Shown in pieces: positions 7,888-18,555 of a stretch of 64,000 nucleotides of DNA; position 1 is the stretch's first letter, and each line of letters opens with the position of its first letter. The stretch spans positions 291,316 to 355,315 of the forward strand of contig SVJE01000001.1 in assembly GCA_015069135.1 (NCBI GenBank), given 5' to 3'. A program made the position numbers and the translations under genes. This DNA is from Oscillospiraceae bacterium (lineage in GTDB: Bacteria > Bacillota > Clostridia > UBA1212 > SIG427). Under the pieces are notes generated by a model. That model ran no database searches, was not told where the DNA came from, and saw nothing but the letters and a program-made list of their open reading frames with translations.

Positions 7888-10683
7888 TCAAATAACAGAT
7901 ACTCTATAAGTTCCCGGTTCTCTCCAAATGAATGAGTAATTGTAATTTCCTGTTTCTGAGTTATATTTTACAGAATAACCATCAAATTCATTTGTACCGA
8001 TTTCATATTTATTCCATTGTCCGTTTTCACCCTTAATTTCCACTTTTAAACAACCTAGTTTGGTAAAACCATTTATGGATACAGCATTGTTATTATCGCT
8101 TCCAAAAAGGGTAAATTCCGCAGAATTTTCTATACACTTAACAGTTGGTAACCATGTGTCAGCTAAAACATTGCCTTTATGAGCTTCAACATCGGCAGGT
8201 TTGATGACAGAATCAGTTCTTACTTTTAATGTATTTGCATTTCCCTCAGTATCAGGGGCTCCCCAGGGAAGAAGAACTATATCAAGAATAAGTTTATCTC
8301 CTTTTTTAAATTTAATAATATCTATATCAGGTAGAATTTTAAATGTTGCAGAACCATCGTTGTTATTAAGTCTAACATGAAATTTTACACCTTCAGTATA
8401 ATTTTTACCATTAAGTTTACCACTGATATTCTTTACAATATATGAAACATTGCAACCTCTGGTACCAGTTTCCGGATAATTTATGTTATACAAACTAACA
8501 AATCCACCTTCGTTACTAAGAGAATCAGTAAATCCGTCTTTACTTATTAAATCCTTAAGGTCATATTCAATTTCATTATTTTCACTATCTAAATATGAGA
8601 AATTATCATAAAATGTATCAGAACTATCAAAAATTGCCAATGGAAGCTCGTCCAGTTCACCGTTTTTAAGAAAATCCAAAGTTATAGTATAATAAGTTCG
8701 ATTTTCATCTGTCTGAGGAAATTCAACATGTCTTAAACTATATTGATAAAGCCCATCTTCAATATCCCTATATGAATATTCAATATCAGCATAAGTAGGA
8801 CCATAGGAATTTATTTTACTGCCTGTATACGTTTCACTGGTAACAAAAGAGGGGACACCTACAGAATTAAATTGAGGTTGATTACCCCACATGTGTCCGC
8901 TTCTGCATCTGAAATCAGGTAAAGTATTTATTGTTCCGTTAAAATAATAAGGTGCAATACAATTACTTTCAGTTGCACCGGTTGAAAGGTGATAATATGA
9001 ACAAACAAACTGAATCCAGGAAACTTGTTTAAGAGGAGTAAGCCCCCAGTTCTGATAAAGATTAAGAAGTTTAAAAGATATTTGCTGGTTTGAATCCAAT
9101 TTAATAGGGAAGATGGTATCGCCATAACCGGGATCTCCACCAAGGTAAAATGCTTCTTCACCTTCACCTGTAAAATTTTTACCCACCTGCAAAGGAACAG
9201 GCTGTAAAATGTTATTTTCATCAGTAATTACTGCACTTTCAAGGCATACATTATCTGTATTAAACCATACATATGCATTGCGAGGAAGATCATTATTTAA
9301 AAATGAAACATACCCTTCATAATATTTGTTTGGTGTTTCATAATATGCTTCGTTAAAATCAGATCCATCCATATTAAAACGATACATACCTCGGATATAA
9401 TCATAACCTAAATATTCAGCATTATCCTTATTTTCACCTTTAATTTCAATTGACGTAACAGGATTTCTTTCCTGATTTGCTGTATTAATCAATCCATTGA
9501 AAGAATGTGTATCATCAGTATAAATTCTTATACCAAACTTTTCATGAAAGTTATTTGGTACGTTTTCCGGCAGAACTTTACTGATAATTAATGTGTAAGC
9601 ATCAGGTCCTTCAATCATTTCCAATTTATCTATACTATTGTCAGATGGAATAATAAACCCTAATATTCCCACTTTTTTAATATCAAAACCAATGTAACCT
9701 TTTTCCGAAATCTGTTTTTTAACCTTAGATTTTGAAATAGATATTTCAATTCCCATTGAATCAAGATTATTCATTGCTTCATGCGTAACGATATGCATTT
9801 CCTGGTGATATTTATCAGAGAAAAAATGAGCTGCTTTATCAAGAGCAATTGCTCTTGGTTGAGCTCTGTTTTCAGAAGCTTTTGCTGAAATTGTGGTATA
9901 AGTACCTTTGGGAGTAAAACTTAATATATATCCGGTTAAAAGCTTTCCTTCTTCAGAAAAATTTTTAAGATTAAATGGAGTCCCTGATTGAATTTCAATA
10001 ATATTATTTGACTTTATTCCATCAAAAAAGGGTATAAATGTAAAATTTTCTGCACCGCCACCAATTACAAAATTAAGGCATGGGAATTTTTCTATATCAA
10101 CAGACAAACCTGTTTTTTCAACAAATAATTCTGTAAGTGAATTCTCTTCATAACTGAATACCAGTTCTTTGTTATCAACTTTAAACTCAACATTATCAGA
10201 AACTACAAAATCACCCTTTTCAAAGGATCCTATATCACAACTTTTAGTAACCTTATAAGCACCGTCTGAATTAAAACTCATATCATAAACATGAGATTCA
10301 TAATAGTAATAACCAAGTCTTAAAGTGTTAATACGACCGGAGTGATTACTTTTTGAACTGTAATATATGTTACCGTCTTTATCTTTAATAAAATAATCAA
10401 GTGTATCTTCAAAATATGCTTTTCCTTTTTTGTTTGATAGGGTAGTAAGCTTTGAATCACCAAGATCATTAACCAGGATAGTTTCTGAGTTTTCAAGAGT
10501 ATATTCGGATCTTGATTCACCATTGTAAAAACCCTGAACTTTATCAGACATTTTATTCGCATAAATAACTGTTTCAGCTAAGGGAGTGTCAGCAGAAATA
10601 TCTCTTGGTTTGATATTGCAACCTGATATAGAAACAGATAAAAGAATAAGTATTAAAATTAAGTTCAAAAAGCGTTTAATCAT
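7888..10683 (-). CDS. Large lipoprotein (931 aa), function unknown. Possibly a polysaccharide-active surface protein.
   Basis: Signal peptide with lipobox LSVSISGC. No motif I can place. Its ATG overlaps the upstream TAA by 1 nt (TAATG), so it is translationally coupled to the hydrolase-like gene. Confidence 0.5.
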   Translation of the reverse strand: MIKRFLNLILILILLSVSISGCNIKPRDISADTPLAETVIYANKMSDKVQGFYNGESRSEYTLENSETILVNDLGDSKLTTLSNKKGKAYFEDTLDYFIKDKDGNIYYSSKSNHSGRINTLRLGYYYYESHVYDMSFNSDGAYKVTKSCDIGSFEKGDFVVSDNVEFKVDNKELVFSYEENSLTELFVEKTGLSVDIEKFPCLNFVIGGGAENFTFIPFFDGIKSNNIIEIQSGTPFNLKNFSEEGKLLTGYILSFTPKGTYTTISAKASENRAQPRAIALDKAAHFFSDKYHQEMHIVTHEAMNNLDSMGIEISISKSKVKKQISEKGYIGFDIKKVGILGFIIPSDNSIDKLEMIEGPDAYTLIISKVLPENVPNNFHEKFGIRIYTDDTHSFNGLINTANQERNPVTSIEIKGENKDNAEYLGYDYIRGMYRFNMDGSDFNEAYYETPNKYYEGYVSFLNNDLPRNAYVWFNTDNVCLESAVITDENNILQPVPLQVGKNFTGEGEEAFYLGGDPGYGDTIFPIKLDSNQQISFKLLNLYQNWGLTPLKQVSWIQFVCSYYHLSTGATESNCIAPYYFNGTINTLPDFRCRSGHMWGNQPQFNSVGVPSFVTSETYTGSKINSYGPTYADIEYSYRDIEDGLYQYSLRHVEFPQTDENRTYYTITLDFLKNGELDELPLAIFDSSDTFYDNFSYLDSENNEIEYDLKDLISKDGFTDSLSNEGGFVSLYNINYPETGTRGCNVSYIVKNISGKLNGKNYTEGVKFHVRLNNNDGSATFKILPDIDIIKFKKGDKLILDIVLLPWGAPDTEGNANTLKVRTDSVIKPADVEAHKGNVLADTWLPTVKCIENSAEFTLFGSDNNNAVSINGFTKLGCLKVEIKGENGQWNKYEIGTNEFDGYSVKYNSETGNYNYSFIWREPGTYRVSVI

Positions 10684-12425
10684 TAATTATCACCACTTAT
10701 TACAAGAATACCATTTACAGGGATATTAAAAGAATTAATGCCGTTTTTCAGGATTATATTACCGTCTTCAACAGTATCACCCATACAATTTAATATTTTA
10801 TATGTTCCTTTAATTTCACCGGCACAATTTTTAACATATATTTCTTCATTCATTGTGGCATTCACAATGTTTATTTCTTTAGATTTCTTGTTAATATATC
10901 CAAGTTCAGAACCATAAATAGCACCTACCTGACAATTTTCATCCCAGGCAGAAGCAAAGTTAAACCCTGCATGATAATCTTTATAGAACATTTCACCATC
11001 TAAAAGGGTAGTCTTATGTTTCTTCCAGAAATCCACATAGAATTTAAGCATTTTCTGATGTGATTCAGGAAGGGCATCCCATCTCATTGAAATCTGAGGT
11101 ACTGCAAAAAGAATATTTGTAAACTGAAAAGCAGCATTTTCTGCTGTATCATTTACATTCCACATTATCATATCAGACTGAATTGTTGTTTTTCCGCTGA
11201 AAATTCTTAATGTAAGAATATCAAGTCTGTTAACTCTCGAGTCAGCAGGGCAGTCGGCAGCTCTGAAAATATTACCATATGTACGCATTAAAGGTCCGAT
11301 ATAACTCTGTCTGAATTCAATCATAATGTCTGGATTTACTTCTTTTAATGTGGTTAAAACATCTTTAAGAAGCTTATCAACACCAACATATATAGAATCA
11401 CAATCTTTACCGGGAGCAAAGCTGGCTTTTTCGATATTAGGATAATTTGAATGAAAACTATCTACAAAATCAAGTTTAAAACCATCAAGTCCCCATTCTT
11501 TCTGAGCTTTTACATAAATATTTTTAAGATATTCTCTAACTTCAGGATAACGTGGGTCAAAAGTACCGCCACTTTCAACATTTCCTGCTATAAATTTCCC
11601 CTCAAACTTTTTAATATTCTTAGCTTTTTTACCCATCATAGGTACGCCGTACCAAAGTAAAATCTTCATTCCAAGTTTATGTACACCATCAACAAAGGCT
11701 TTCATGTCAGGTATTTTACCGGTAAAAGGTTCCCAGTCACCACAGTAATCATAACCACGGCTATTGGAGTCTGTCTGCCAACCATCATCTACAATAACAC
11801 CTTTACAACCGTAGTTTTTTGCTTTTTCCAGTTCTTTAAGAATTTCCTCGGCATCTGTATGCTGATGAAAAGAATACCAGGTAGAGTAGAAGGGTTCTCT
11901 TGTATCTTCAGGAACGTTGGTAGGTTCATATCCCGGTGTCATTTCCCACCACTTACTAACTTCCTGAGCAACCTGGTAAAAGGGAAGTGGTCTTTTATCA
12001 ATTAATACTACTGTTTTATATTCCTTAATATCATAATCAATACGCACATGTACACCACATTTAAATCTGCAGGTTTCTTCTTCAAGACCTAACTGTATAC
12101 CAACATAGTTAAGAGCATCCTGACAGGCTATTGCCAGGTTGTTTTTATCGTTATAATCAACACTACTGTAAAATGGCGCGCTTCCGCAGGCATGATGGTA
12201 ATTCCAGCCACCCCAATCAGGAACAATGGTCCTTCCAATGTGACCGGTAGGAGAGAATGTGGCACCTGTAGCTGTAGCTTCTTCAAACCATGTAAGCCAC
12301 AAATTCAATTTATCTGCTTTTTCAGAAAAAGCAGAAATCTCAATAAACGTCTTATCATTTTCTTCTTTTATTTCATATTCGGCCCTAAACCCTTCTGTAC
12401 AATTAATTTTGAATTTACTATCCAT
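10683..12425 (-). CDS. Putative intracellular glycoside hydrolase, alpha-galactosidase/melibiase-like TIM barrel (clan GH-D like).
   Basis: VIVDDGWQ and WGLDGFKLDFVD motifs resemble GH27/GH36 catalytic-barrel signatures. No signal peptide. Confidence 0.45.
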   Translation of the reverse strand: MDSKFKINCTEGFRAEYEIKEENDKTFIEISAFSEKADKLNLWLTWFEEATATGATFSPTGHIGRTIVPDWGGWNYHHACGSAPFYSSVDYNDKNNLAIACQDALNYVGIQLGLEEETCRFKCGVHVRIDYDIKEYKTVVLIDKRPLPFYQVAQEVSKWWEMTPGYEPTNVPEDTREPFYSTWYSFHQHTDAEEILKELEKAKNYGCKGVIVDDGWQTDSNSRGYDYCGDWEPFTGKIPDMKAFVDGVHKLGMKILLWYGVPMMGKKAKNIKKFEGKFIAGNVESGGTFDPRYPEVREYLKNIYVKAQKEWGLDGFKLDFVDSFHSNYPNIEKASFAPGKDCDSIYVGVDKLLKDVLTTLKEVNPDIMIEFRQSYIGPLMRTYGNIFRAADCPADSRVNRLDILTLRIFSGKTTIQSDMIMWNVNDTAENAAFQFTNILFAVPQISMRWDALPESHQKMLKFYVDFWKKHKTTLLDGEMFYKDYHAGFNFASAWDENCQVGAIYGSELGYINKKSKEINIVNATMNEEIYVKNCAGEIKGTYKILNCMGDTVEDGNIILKNGINSFNIPVNGILVISGDN

Positions 12426-12445
12426 AAATAAACCGACCTTTCATA

Positions 12446-13240
12446 TTAAACCAATTTGTCAAATACAGGTTTACGCTCAATATAGTGAGCAATGTACTTA
12501 ACACCTGAATTTTTAAGAATTTCTATAATTTCAGGGAATATTTTACCAACGTTTTCAGGGTAGTGAGCATCACTTCCGATTGTAATTATTTCGCCGCCAA
12601 GCTCTAAATAGCGCTTTACAAGATCTGTATCCAGTGGTACTTTACTATATGTTGATGTGTTTATTTCAAAGCCAATACCTTTTTCTATAATAAATTTAAA
12701 AATACTGTCTACAAGATCAGAATAATCGTTGTAAAAGAATCTATTATCTTCATAAACTGCATTTCGTACCTGATAATCAAGATGGGATAAAACATCAAAA
12801 TCATTGTAAATCTGTATATTTTTATATATACACTCTAAACAGTCCAGGTAAACTGCTTTTTTATCCCTTCCATCATCCCAGAATTCTTTTTCGTAAGGAT
12901 CTAAACGATGGAATAGGTGAGTAGAGCCTAATACAAAGTCATGAGGATATCCCTGAACTTTCTTTTTAGTTTCTTCAAGTACGTGATCCTGGATTCCTAC
13001 TTCAACAGCTCGTAAAATTTTAATTTTGTCCTTATATTTATCAATCATTTTATCTATAAAAACAAAATATTCATCTAAATCAAACAAATATTCATCTTCT
13101 CGATTTGTAAAATCAATATCTATATGATCAGTAAAAGCAATACCGGAAAGATTTTTATTAATTGCAGATAAAATTCCTTTTTCCATTTCCATATGACTGT
13201 CCGTGGAAAAATGGCTATGAGTGTGCATATCGTAATACAT
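12446..13240 (-). CDS. PHP-family phosphoesterase, histidinol-phosphatase HisJ/HisK-like.
   Basis: MYYDMHTHSHFSTDS N-terminal His cluster plus later GSTHLF and GSDAHYPENVG motifs typical of PHP histidinol phosphatases. Lies 20 bp upstream of the hydrolase-like gene. Confidence 0.55.
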   Translation of the reverse strand: MYYDMHTHSHFSTDSHMEMEKGILSAINKNLSGIAFTDHIDIDFTNREDEYLFDLDEYFVFIDKMIDKYKDKIKILRAVEVGIQDHVLEETKKKVQGYPHDFVLGSTHLFHRLDPYEKEFWDDGRDKKAVYLDCLECIYKNIQIYNDFDVLSHLDYQVRNAVYEDNRFFYNDYSDLVDSIFKFIIEKGIGFEINTSTYSKVPLDTDLVKRYLELGGEIITIGSDAHYPENVGKIFPEIIEILKNSGVKYIAHYIERKPVFDKLV

Positions 13241-13540
13241 AATTAATATTCCTCGTTAAAAATTATAATGGCATAATTTTAACATAATGGGGGGAGAAAT
13301 TAAAGACTTTCCGGAAAGATTTCTAATTAGACAAAATAATAATTTTGTATTAAAAGAGGAGTATAAAATTAAAAAAAATATTTTTAGAATTTTGGCTGAT
13401 TTCAATACAAGTTCATACAATCTTCACCTAAATAAGTTAATATATACTTGTATTAATAAGCACATTCAATTTGTATTGTTTATTATACTACAAAATGTAA
13501 ATTATAATCTATATAAATATTAGAAAGGAATTTAATAATT

Positions 13541-15193
13541 ATGTTTGATGATAAAAATACATCTTCTGAAAAAAATTACAATAATAGCAATGATTCTATT
13601 GAAAATCTTTCTGATGGAAAAATTTCTGACGATACCTGCTTCATTAACGAAAAATCCAATGAAAACTTTTTTAATAGAAATTCTTCCGACGATACTTGGG
13701 TCGTTGAAGAAAATTCCAATGAAAAGTTTTTTAATGGAAATTCTTTAAATGATCCAGACATCGATGAAAAAAATTCCATTGAAAAGAATTATAATGAAAA
13801 TGAAAATTTTACAGGTAAAATATCTGATTATAATAAACCAGAATTAACCAACAGTTCATCAGAAACATTTTATGCTGATTCATCTCCGGTAAATAACTCT
13901 TCCGGTTCAGGCTATTCTACAAATTATTATTCAGAAATTAATACAGATGATGATAATATGTCAGAGGAATATACTCAACCATATTTTGTTACAAATATTG
14001 AAAATAACAAAAATGTTAAAAATGTAACAAAGTTTTCTAAAACTGTTATTTTTGCTTTTATATCTATAGCCTTAGTCGGTGGTATTGCAATTGGAACTTT
14101 AATAAGTGGTCCGATTAAAGAATATATTAAGAATTGGTCATATAGTCAGAAAAAGCCTTCTTCGGATTCGGATAATAATCAATCCGCAGAAACTGATAAT
14201 TCTATTGTAAATGAAGAAGGTTTTTTAATATATGCTACAGAAGAAAATGATGCCTCTGCCCTTTCCACTGCTGAAATTGCAGCAAAATGTCTTCCCTCTG
14301 TTGTTGAAATAAGAACAGAAACCGTAACTACAGGTTCATTTTTTCAGGAATTTGTCACTGAAGGTGCCGGAAGCGGAGTTATTATTACTAAAGATGGTTA
14401 CATCGTTACAAATTATCATGTAATTGCCGAAACAAATGCAATTTTTGTTACATTAAATTCAAGTAAAGAATATGAAGCTAAACTAATCGGATTTGATGAA
14501 AAATCAGACCTGGCAGTTGTTAAAATTGAAGCAACAGACCTTATTCCGGCAGTTATTGGTGATTCAGATAAACTTGTTGTAGGTGAAAAAGCAGTTGCCA
14601 TTGGAAATCCTTTAGGAGAATTAGGCGGAACAGTTACAGATGGTATTATAAGTGCATTAGACAGAGAAATGACTATTGAAGGCCAGAAACTTACCTTGTT
14701 ACAGACAAATGCAGCAATTAACCCCGGAAACTCCGGCGGTGGTTTGTTTAATGGCCTTGGAAATCTTATTGCCATTGTGGATGCAAAATCATCCGGTACA
14801 GGAATTGAGGGTCTTGGTTTTGCAATTCCTTCAAATAAAATGTCCGATGTTGTAAATCAGATAATTAAATATGGTTATGTTAAAGGTTATGTTGATACAG
14901 GTATGACATTTATTGATATAAATGATTATTATACAGCTATGCAATATCGTGTTAACGAATTTGGTGTATATGTTTTGAAAGTATATGGAGATTCTGCTTT
15001 GGAAGCAGGATTCCAGTCAGGAGATTTAATTTTAAGCGTTAACGGAAAATCAGTTGATACTGCAGCAGAAATTAATTCAATTATCGAAAACATGAATGTA
15101 AGTGACAATGTTGAATTTAAAATATATAGAGGTCGCTCTACCCTGACACTCAAATTGAAACTTGACGAATATATCCCTAAATCTCAAGCTTGA
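13541..15193 (+). CDS. htrA: HtrA/DegP-family trypsin-like serine protease. It has a low-complexity repetitive N-terminus, one TM segment and a C-terminal PDZ domain.
   Basis: Catalytic triad context TNYHVI (His), DLAVVK (Asp), GNSGGGLF (Ser). PDZ-like C-terminus. The N-terminal 130 aa is Asn/Ser/Glu-rich. Confidence 0.8.
   Translation: MFDDKNTSSEKNYNNSNDSIENLSDGKISDDTCFINEKSNENFFNRNSSDDTWVVEENSNEKFFNGNSLNDPDIDEKNSIEKNYNENENFTGKISDYNKPELTNSSSETFYADSSPVNNSSGSGYSTNYYSEINTDDDNMSEEYTQPYFVTNIENNKNVKNVTKFSKTVIFAFISIALVGGIAIGTLISGPIKEYIKNWSYSQKKPSSDSDNNQSAETDNSIVNEEGFLIYATEENDASALSTAEIAAKCLPSVVEIRTETVTTGSFFQEFVTEGAGSGVIITKDGYIVTNYHVIAETNAIFVTLNSSKEYEAKLIGFDEKSDLAVVKIEATDLIPAVIGDSDKLVVGEKAVAIGNPLGELGGTVTDGIISALDREMTIEGQKLTLLQTNAAINPGNSGGGLFNGLGNLIAIVDAKSSGTGIEGLGFAIPSNKMSDVVNQIIKYGYVKGYVDTGMTFIDINDYYTAMQYRVNEFGVYVLKVYGDSALEAGFQSGDLILSVNGKSVDTAAEINSIIENMNVSDNVEFKIYRGRSTLTLKLKLDEYIPKSQA
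13615..13800 (+). repeat. Three imperfect tandem ~60-bp repeats inside the htrA 5' region. They encode 20-aa units.
   Basis: Protein units are SDDTCFINEKSNENFFNRN / SSDDTWVVEENSNEKFFNGN / SLNDPDIDEKNSIEKNYNEN. The DNA repeats also generate mirror-image spurious ORFs on both strands (13545..13748 +, 13576..13779 -). Confidence 0.6.
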
Positions 15194-15245
15194 ATGAACT
15201 GTAAAACTAGTGTAGAATTTTGTTATATTTTATGTGAGGTAAACC

Positions 15246-15920
15246 ATGTACAGACTTCTTGTTGTGGATGATGAAGAAAAAATTAGATCAATGATAAAAA
15301 AGTATGCTGAATTTGAAAAACTCAGCGTTATTGAAGCATGTGATGGTATAGAAGCAATAGAAATCTGTAAAATGCAGGATGTTGATTGTATTATTATGGA
15401 TATTATGATGCCTGAATTAGATGGTTTTTCTGCATGCAAAGAAATTAGAAAATTTTCTGATAAACCAATTATTATGCTTTCTGCCCGTGGTGAAGAATAT
15501 GATAAAATCCATGGATTTGAACTTGGTATAGATGATTATGTAGTCAAACCCTTTTCACCTAAAGAACTTATGATGAGAATTAATGCAGTTATCAGAAGAT
15601 ATTCCGGTCTAAAAGATGCAGAAGCTCACGAAGTATATGAAAAAAATGGATTGAATATTGATTTTACAGCACATATTGTAACCATCGATGGAAAAAAACT
15701 ATCTATAGCTCCTAAAATATATGATTTACTTGTGTATCTTGTAAAAAACAAAAACATAGCTTTAACAAGAGAACAGATTTTAAGTCACGTATGGGGTTAT
15801 GACTTTTACGGAGATGACCGTACGTTAGACACGCATATTAAATTGTTAAGAAAAGAATTAGGACAATACGCAGATTTAATCATAACATTGAGAGGATTAG
15901 GATACAGATTTGAAGGCTAA
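15246..15920 (+). CDS. OmpR-family response regulator (CssR-like).
   Basis: REC domain with LLVVDDE and a phospho-Asp context (IIMDIMMP). Winged-helix C-terminus RTLDTHIKLLRKEL...LRGLGYRF. Confidence 0.85.
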   Translation: MYRLLVVDDEEKIRSMIKKYAEFEKLSVIEACDGIEAIEICKMQDVDCIIMDIMMPELDGFSACKEIRKFSDKPIIMLSARGEEYDKIHGFELGIDDYVVKPFSPKELMMRINAVIRRYSGLKDAEAHEVYEKNGLNIDFTAHIVTIDGKKLSIAPKIYDLLVYLVKNKNIALTREQILSHVWGYDFYGDDRTLDTHIKLLRKELGQYADLIITLRGLGYRFEG

Positions 15921-17400
15921 AAACGGTAAAATTAAAATAAAATGGAGAATTTTTTCCTCTATGGCTTTTTTTACAGCTATAATAATATGTTTATTATGGC
16001 TTTTTCAGGTTGTTTTTCTTGATGATATTTATAGGCTGATTAAAAATCATGGTATAAAAAAATCAACTGAAACTGTTGCAGAAAGTTTCAATGAAAACAT
16101 TGATATGACAGACTTTATAAGTAAAATTGCAACTAAAGAAGATGTCTGTATCATGGTTATAACTGAAAATGGCGGTGCTCTCTATAATTGTCATTCAGTA
16201 AGAGATTGTGTTATTCACAAACTGGCAAACAACAAAGACAATCTTGTAAAAATATTTAAAATGACACAAAATAATGGTGGTTCATATTTTGAGTCTTTTA
16301 AGATTGATACAAGCTTTTCAGTGAATTATGGTACACCATATAATCCATTTTCAGATCCACAGCAGGAAATTACAAATGAAGAAAATTTACAAAGTAACAT
16401 GGTTTCTTCCAGAGTAATTTATACAAACGATGGGACTCCCCTCTGCATTATATCGAACTCTACTGTTGCCCCACTGACATCTACTGTAGAAACACTTAAT
16501 ATTCAATTGTTATTTATCACCTTAATAATGTTAATTTTGGCTTCAGTTCTTGCATTAATTATTTCACGTTCTATTTCAAAACCAATATCAAAAATGAATG
16601 AAGCTGCTAAAGAACTTTCAAAAGGAAACTATAATGTTATTTTTAGTTCTGATGGAGATTATGAAATTTCACAACTGGGAGAAACATTAAACTATACGGC
16701 TTCTGAGTTATCCAAGGTAGAACAATATAGAAAGGATTTGTTAGCAAATATTTCTCATGATATGAGAACACCACTTACAATGATTACCGGATATGGTGAA
16801 GTAATGCGTGATATCCCGGGCGAAAACAATTCAGAAAACATACAGATAATAATTGATGAAGCTAACAGACTGTCTACTCTGGTAAATGATGCACTGGATA
16901 TGTCAAAATTACAATCCGGTGAATCAACTATGGAATTATCTGTGTATTCACTTACCGAAAGTGTTAACACAGTTGTTGAAAGATACCGAAAAATGGTTGC
17001 TCATAATGGCTATTCAATTTCTTTTGATTACTATGACGACATAAAAATAAAAGCTGATGAAATTAAAATATCTCAAGTTATATATAATCTTTTAACAAAT
17101 TCAATAAACTATACCGGCGATAATAAAAAAGTTATTGTAAGACAGCTTATAAATAACGATGATAATATTGTAAGAATTGAATTTGAGGACTTTGGTGAAG
17201 GTATTGCAAAAGATCAGTTTCATAATATCTGGGACAGATACTATAAAATTGATAAAACCCACAAACGCGGCACAGTTGGTACCGGTTTGGGGTTAACAAT
17301 AGTCCGGAATATATTAGAATTGCATAATGCCCGTTACGGACTGAGAAGTACAGTGGGTAAAGGTAGTGTATTCTGGTTTGAGTTTCCTATAGAACGGTAA
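15910..17400 (+). CDS. Sensor histidine kinase (CssS-like). Two TM segments bracket an extracellular loop.
   Basis: H-box ISHDMRTPL. N, G1 and G2 boxes (NLLTNSINYT, DFGEGI, GTGLGL). Overlaps the regulator gene by 11 nt. Confidence 0.8.
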   Translation: MKAKNGKIKIKWRIFSSMAFFTAIIICLLWLFQVVFLDDIYRLIKNHGIKKSTETVAESFNENIDMTDFISKIATKEDVCIMVITENGGALYNCHSVRDCVIHKLANNKDNLVKIFKMTQNNGGSYFESFKIDTSFSVNYGTPYNPFSDPQQEITNEENLQSNMVSSRVIYTNDGTPLCIISNSTVAPLTSTVETLNIQLLFITLIMLILASVLALIISRSISKPISKMNEAAKELSKGNYNVIFSSDGDYEISQLGETLNYTASELSKVEQYRKDLLANISHDMRTPLTMITGYGEVMRDIPGENNSENIQIIIDEANRLSTLVNDALDMSKLQSGESTMELSVYSLTESVNTVVERYRKMVAHNGYSISFDYYDDIKIKADEIKISQVIYNLLTNSINYTGDNKKVIVRQLINNDDNIVRIEFEDFGEGIAKDQFHNIWDRYYKIDKTHKRGTVGTGLGLTIVRNILELHNARYGLRSTVGKGSVFWFEFPIER

Positions 17401-18514
17401 TCAGATCACCATTATTATCAACTACAGAAATAACAGCCATTTTACCCGGTTCAAGTGTTCCTAAACACTCTATACCTGATAAATATGCAGGGTTTGTGCT
17501 AAGCATTAAAGCGCAATCATCTAAGTTGAAACCAAGGTATAAAAGATTTTTTAACTCTTTATCCATAAATACTGTACTGCTGGCAAGTTGACCTTCCGGC
17601 ATTCTGGCTTCACCATTAATTACATACATTAAACGTCCTCCTAATACATATTCCCCATCAGGCATTCCGGCAGCCTGACAAGAGTCTGTAATTACAGCTA
17701 TTTTAGAAGGCGTTTTTGCTTTAATTGCTAATTTTACAGCCTTTGGATTTACATGTAGAAAGTCAGTTATAATTTCAGCATATGTTTCATCTGAAGAAAG
17801 AGCTGCCCCAACTGTTCCCGGTTCTCTATGATGTAATGGTGACATGGCATTATATAAATGAGTTACAGATGTAGCACCTTTTTCAAAGGCTTCATAAATA
17901 ACATCAGCTGTTGCATCAGTATGACCTAAAGAAACCTGAATATTATGCTCTGTAAAATACGGTATCATATCAATAAGACCATCACACAAAGGGTCTGCAG
18001 TAATTCTTTTCACAACATCTGCATATTCTCCTGTAAGCTCATTCCAATTTTCAACAGTTGCATCACAAAAGGCATTTTCATCCAATGCACCTTTATATTT
18101 TGGACACATGAAAGGTCCTTCCATATGGCAACCGATAATAAGTGACATATTATCACCATCTTTTGTCAGTTCCATTGCTTTTTTAATTTCTTTTAATGTA
18201 TTTTTATTCTGTTCAGGCATTGCTGCAGGAATTGTAGGCATAAAAGCTGCAACGCCATGTTTATAAAGTCCTTTGGCAAGCTCAACTAATTCTTCAGCTG
18301 TGCAAGTTGAAACATCAATGCCTAATGCACCGTGCATATGACAATCAATAAAGCCGGGCATTGCAATATAGTTCTCGTAATCAGATACAATTTCACAGTC
18401 CATAAGAAAATCTACATAATCACTTTGACATGTGTCAATTATTTTGTTGTCTTCGATTATGAGACAATTGTCTGTGTTATTTGTAATTTTTTTAAATATA
18501 TATGCTTTTTTCAT
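17387..18514 (-). CDS. nagA: N-acetylglucosamine-6-phosphate deacetylase.
   Basis: Amidohydrolase fold with MPGFIDCHMHG metal-binding motif and the GHTDA region. 375 aa. Confidence 0.7.
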   Translation of the reverse strand: MKKAYIFKKITNNTDNCLIIEDNKIIDTCQSDYVDFLMDCEIVSDYENYIAMPGFIDCHMHGALGIDVSTCTAEELVELAKGLYKHGVAAFMPTIPAAMPEQNKNTLKEIKKAMELTKDGDNMSLIIGCHMEGPFMCPKYKGALDENAFCDATVENWNELTGEYADVVKRITADPLCDGLIDMIPYFTEHNIQVSLGHTDATADVIYEAFEKGATSVTHLYNAMSPLHHREPGTVGAALSSDETYAEIITDFLHVNPKAVKLAIKAKTPSKIAVITDSCQAAGMPDGEYVLGGRLMYVINGEARMPEGQLASSTVFMDKELKNLLYLGFNLDDCALMLSTNPAYLSGIECLGTLEPGKMAVISVVDNNGDLITVL

Positions 18515-18555
18515 AATTTACCTCTTGTTCTATTCTATAGCTCAATATTATCAAA

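Noticed and set aside
11451-12501. Cluster of short + strand ORFs (11451..11660, 11679..12005, 12192..12431, 12259..12501)
   Set aside because: All are antisense to the hydrolase-like gene, and none has an RBS or a recognisable motif.
13287-13523. 78-aa ORF in the 300-bp AT-rich intergenic region
   Set aside because: It has no RBS and an Asn/Ile/Lys-rich translation typical of AT-rich non-coding DNA. The region is better read as divergent promoter space for htrA and the PHP-phosphatase operon.
13545-13779. Mirror-image 67-aa ORFs on both strands
   Set aside because: They are artefacts of the 60-bp tandem repeats inside htrA.
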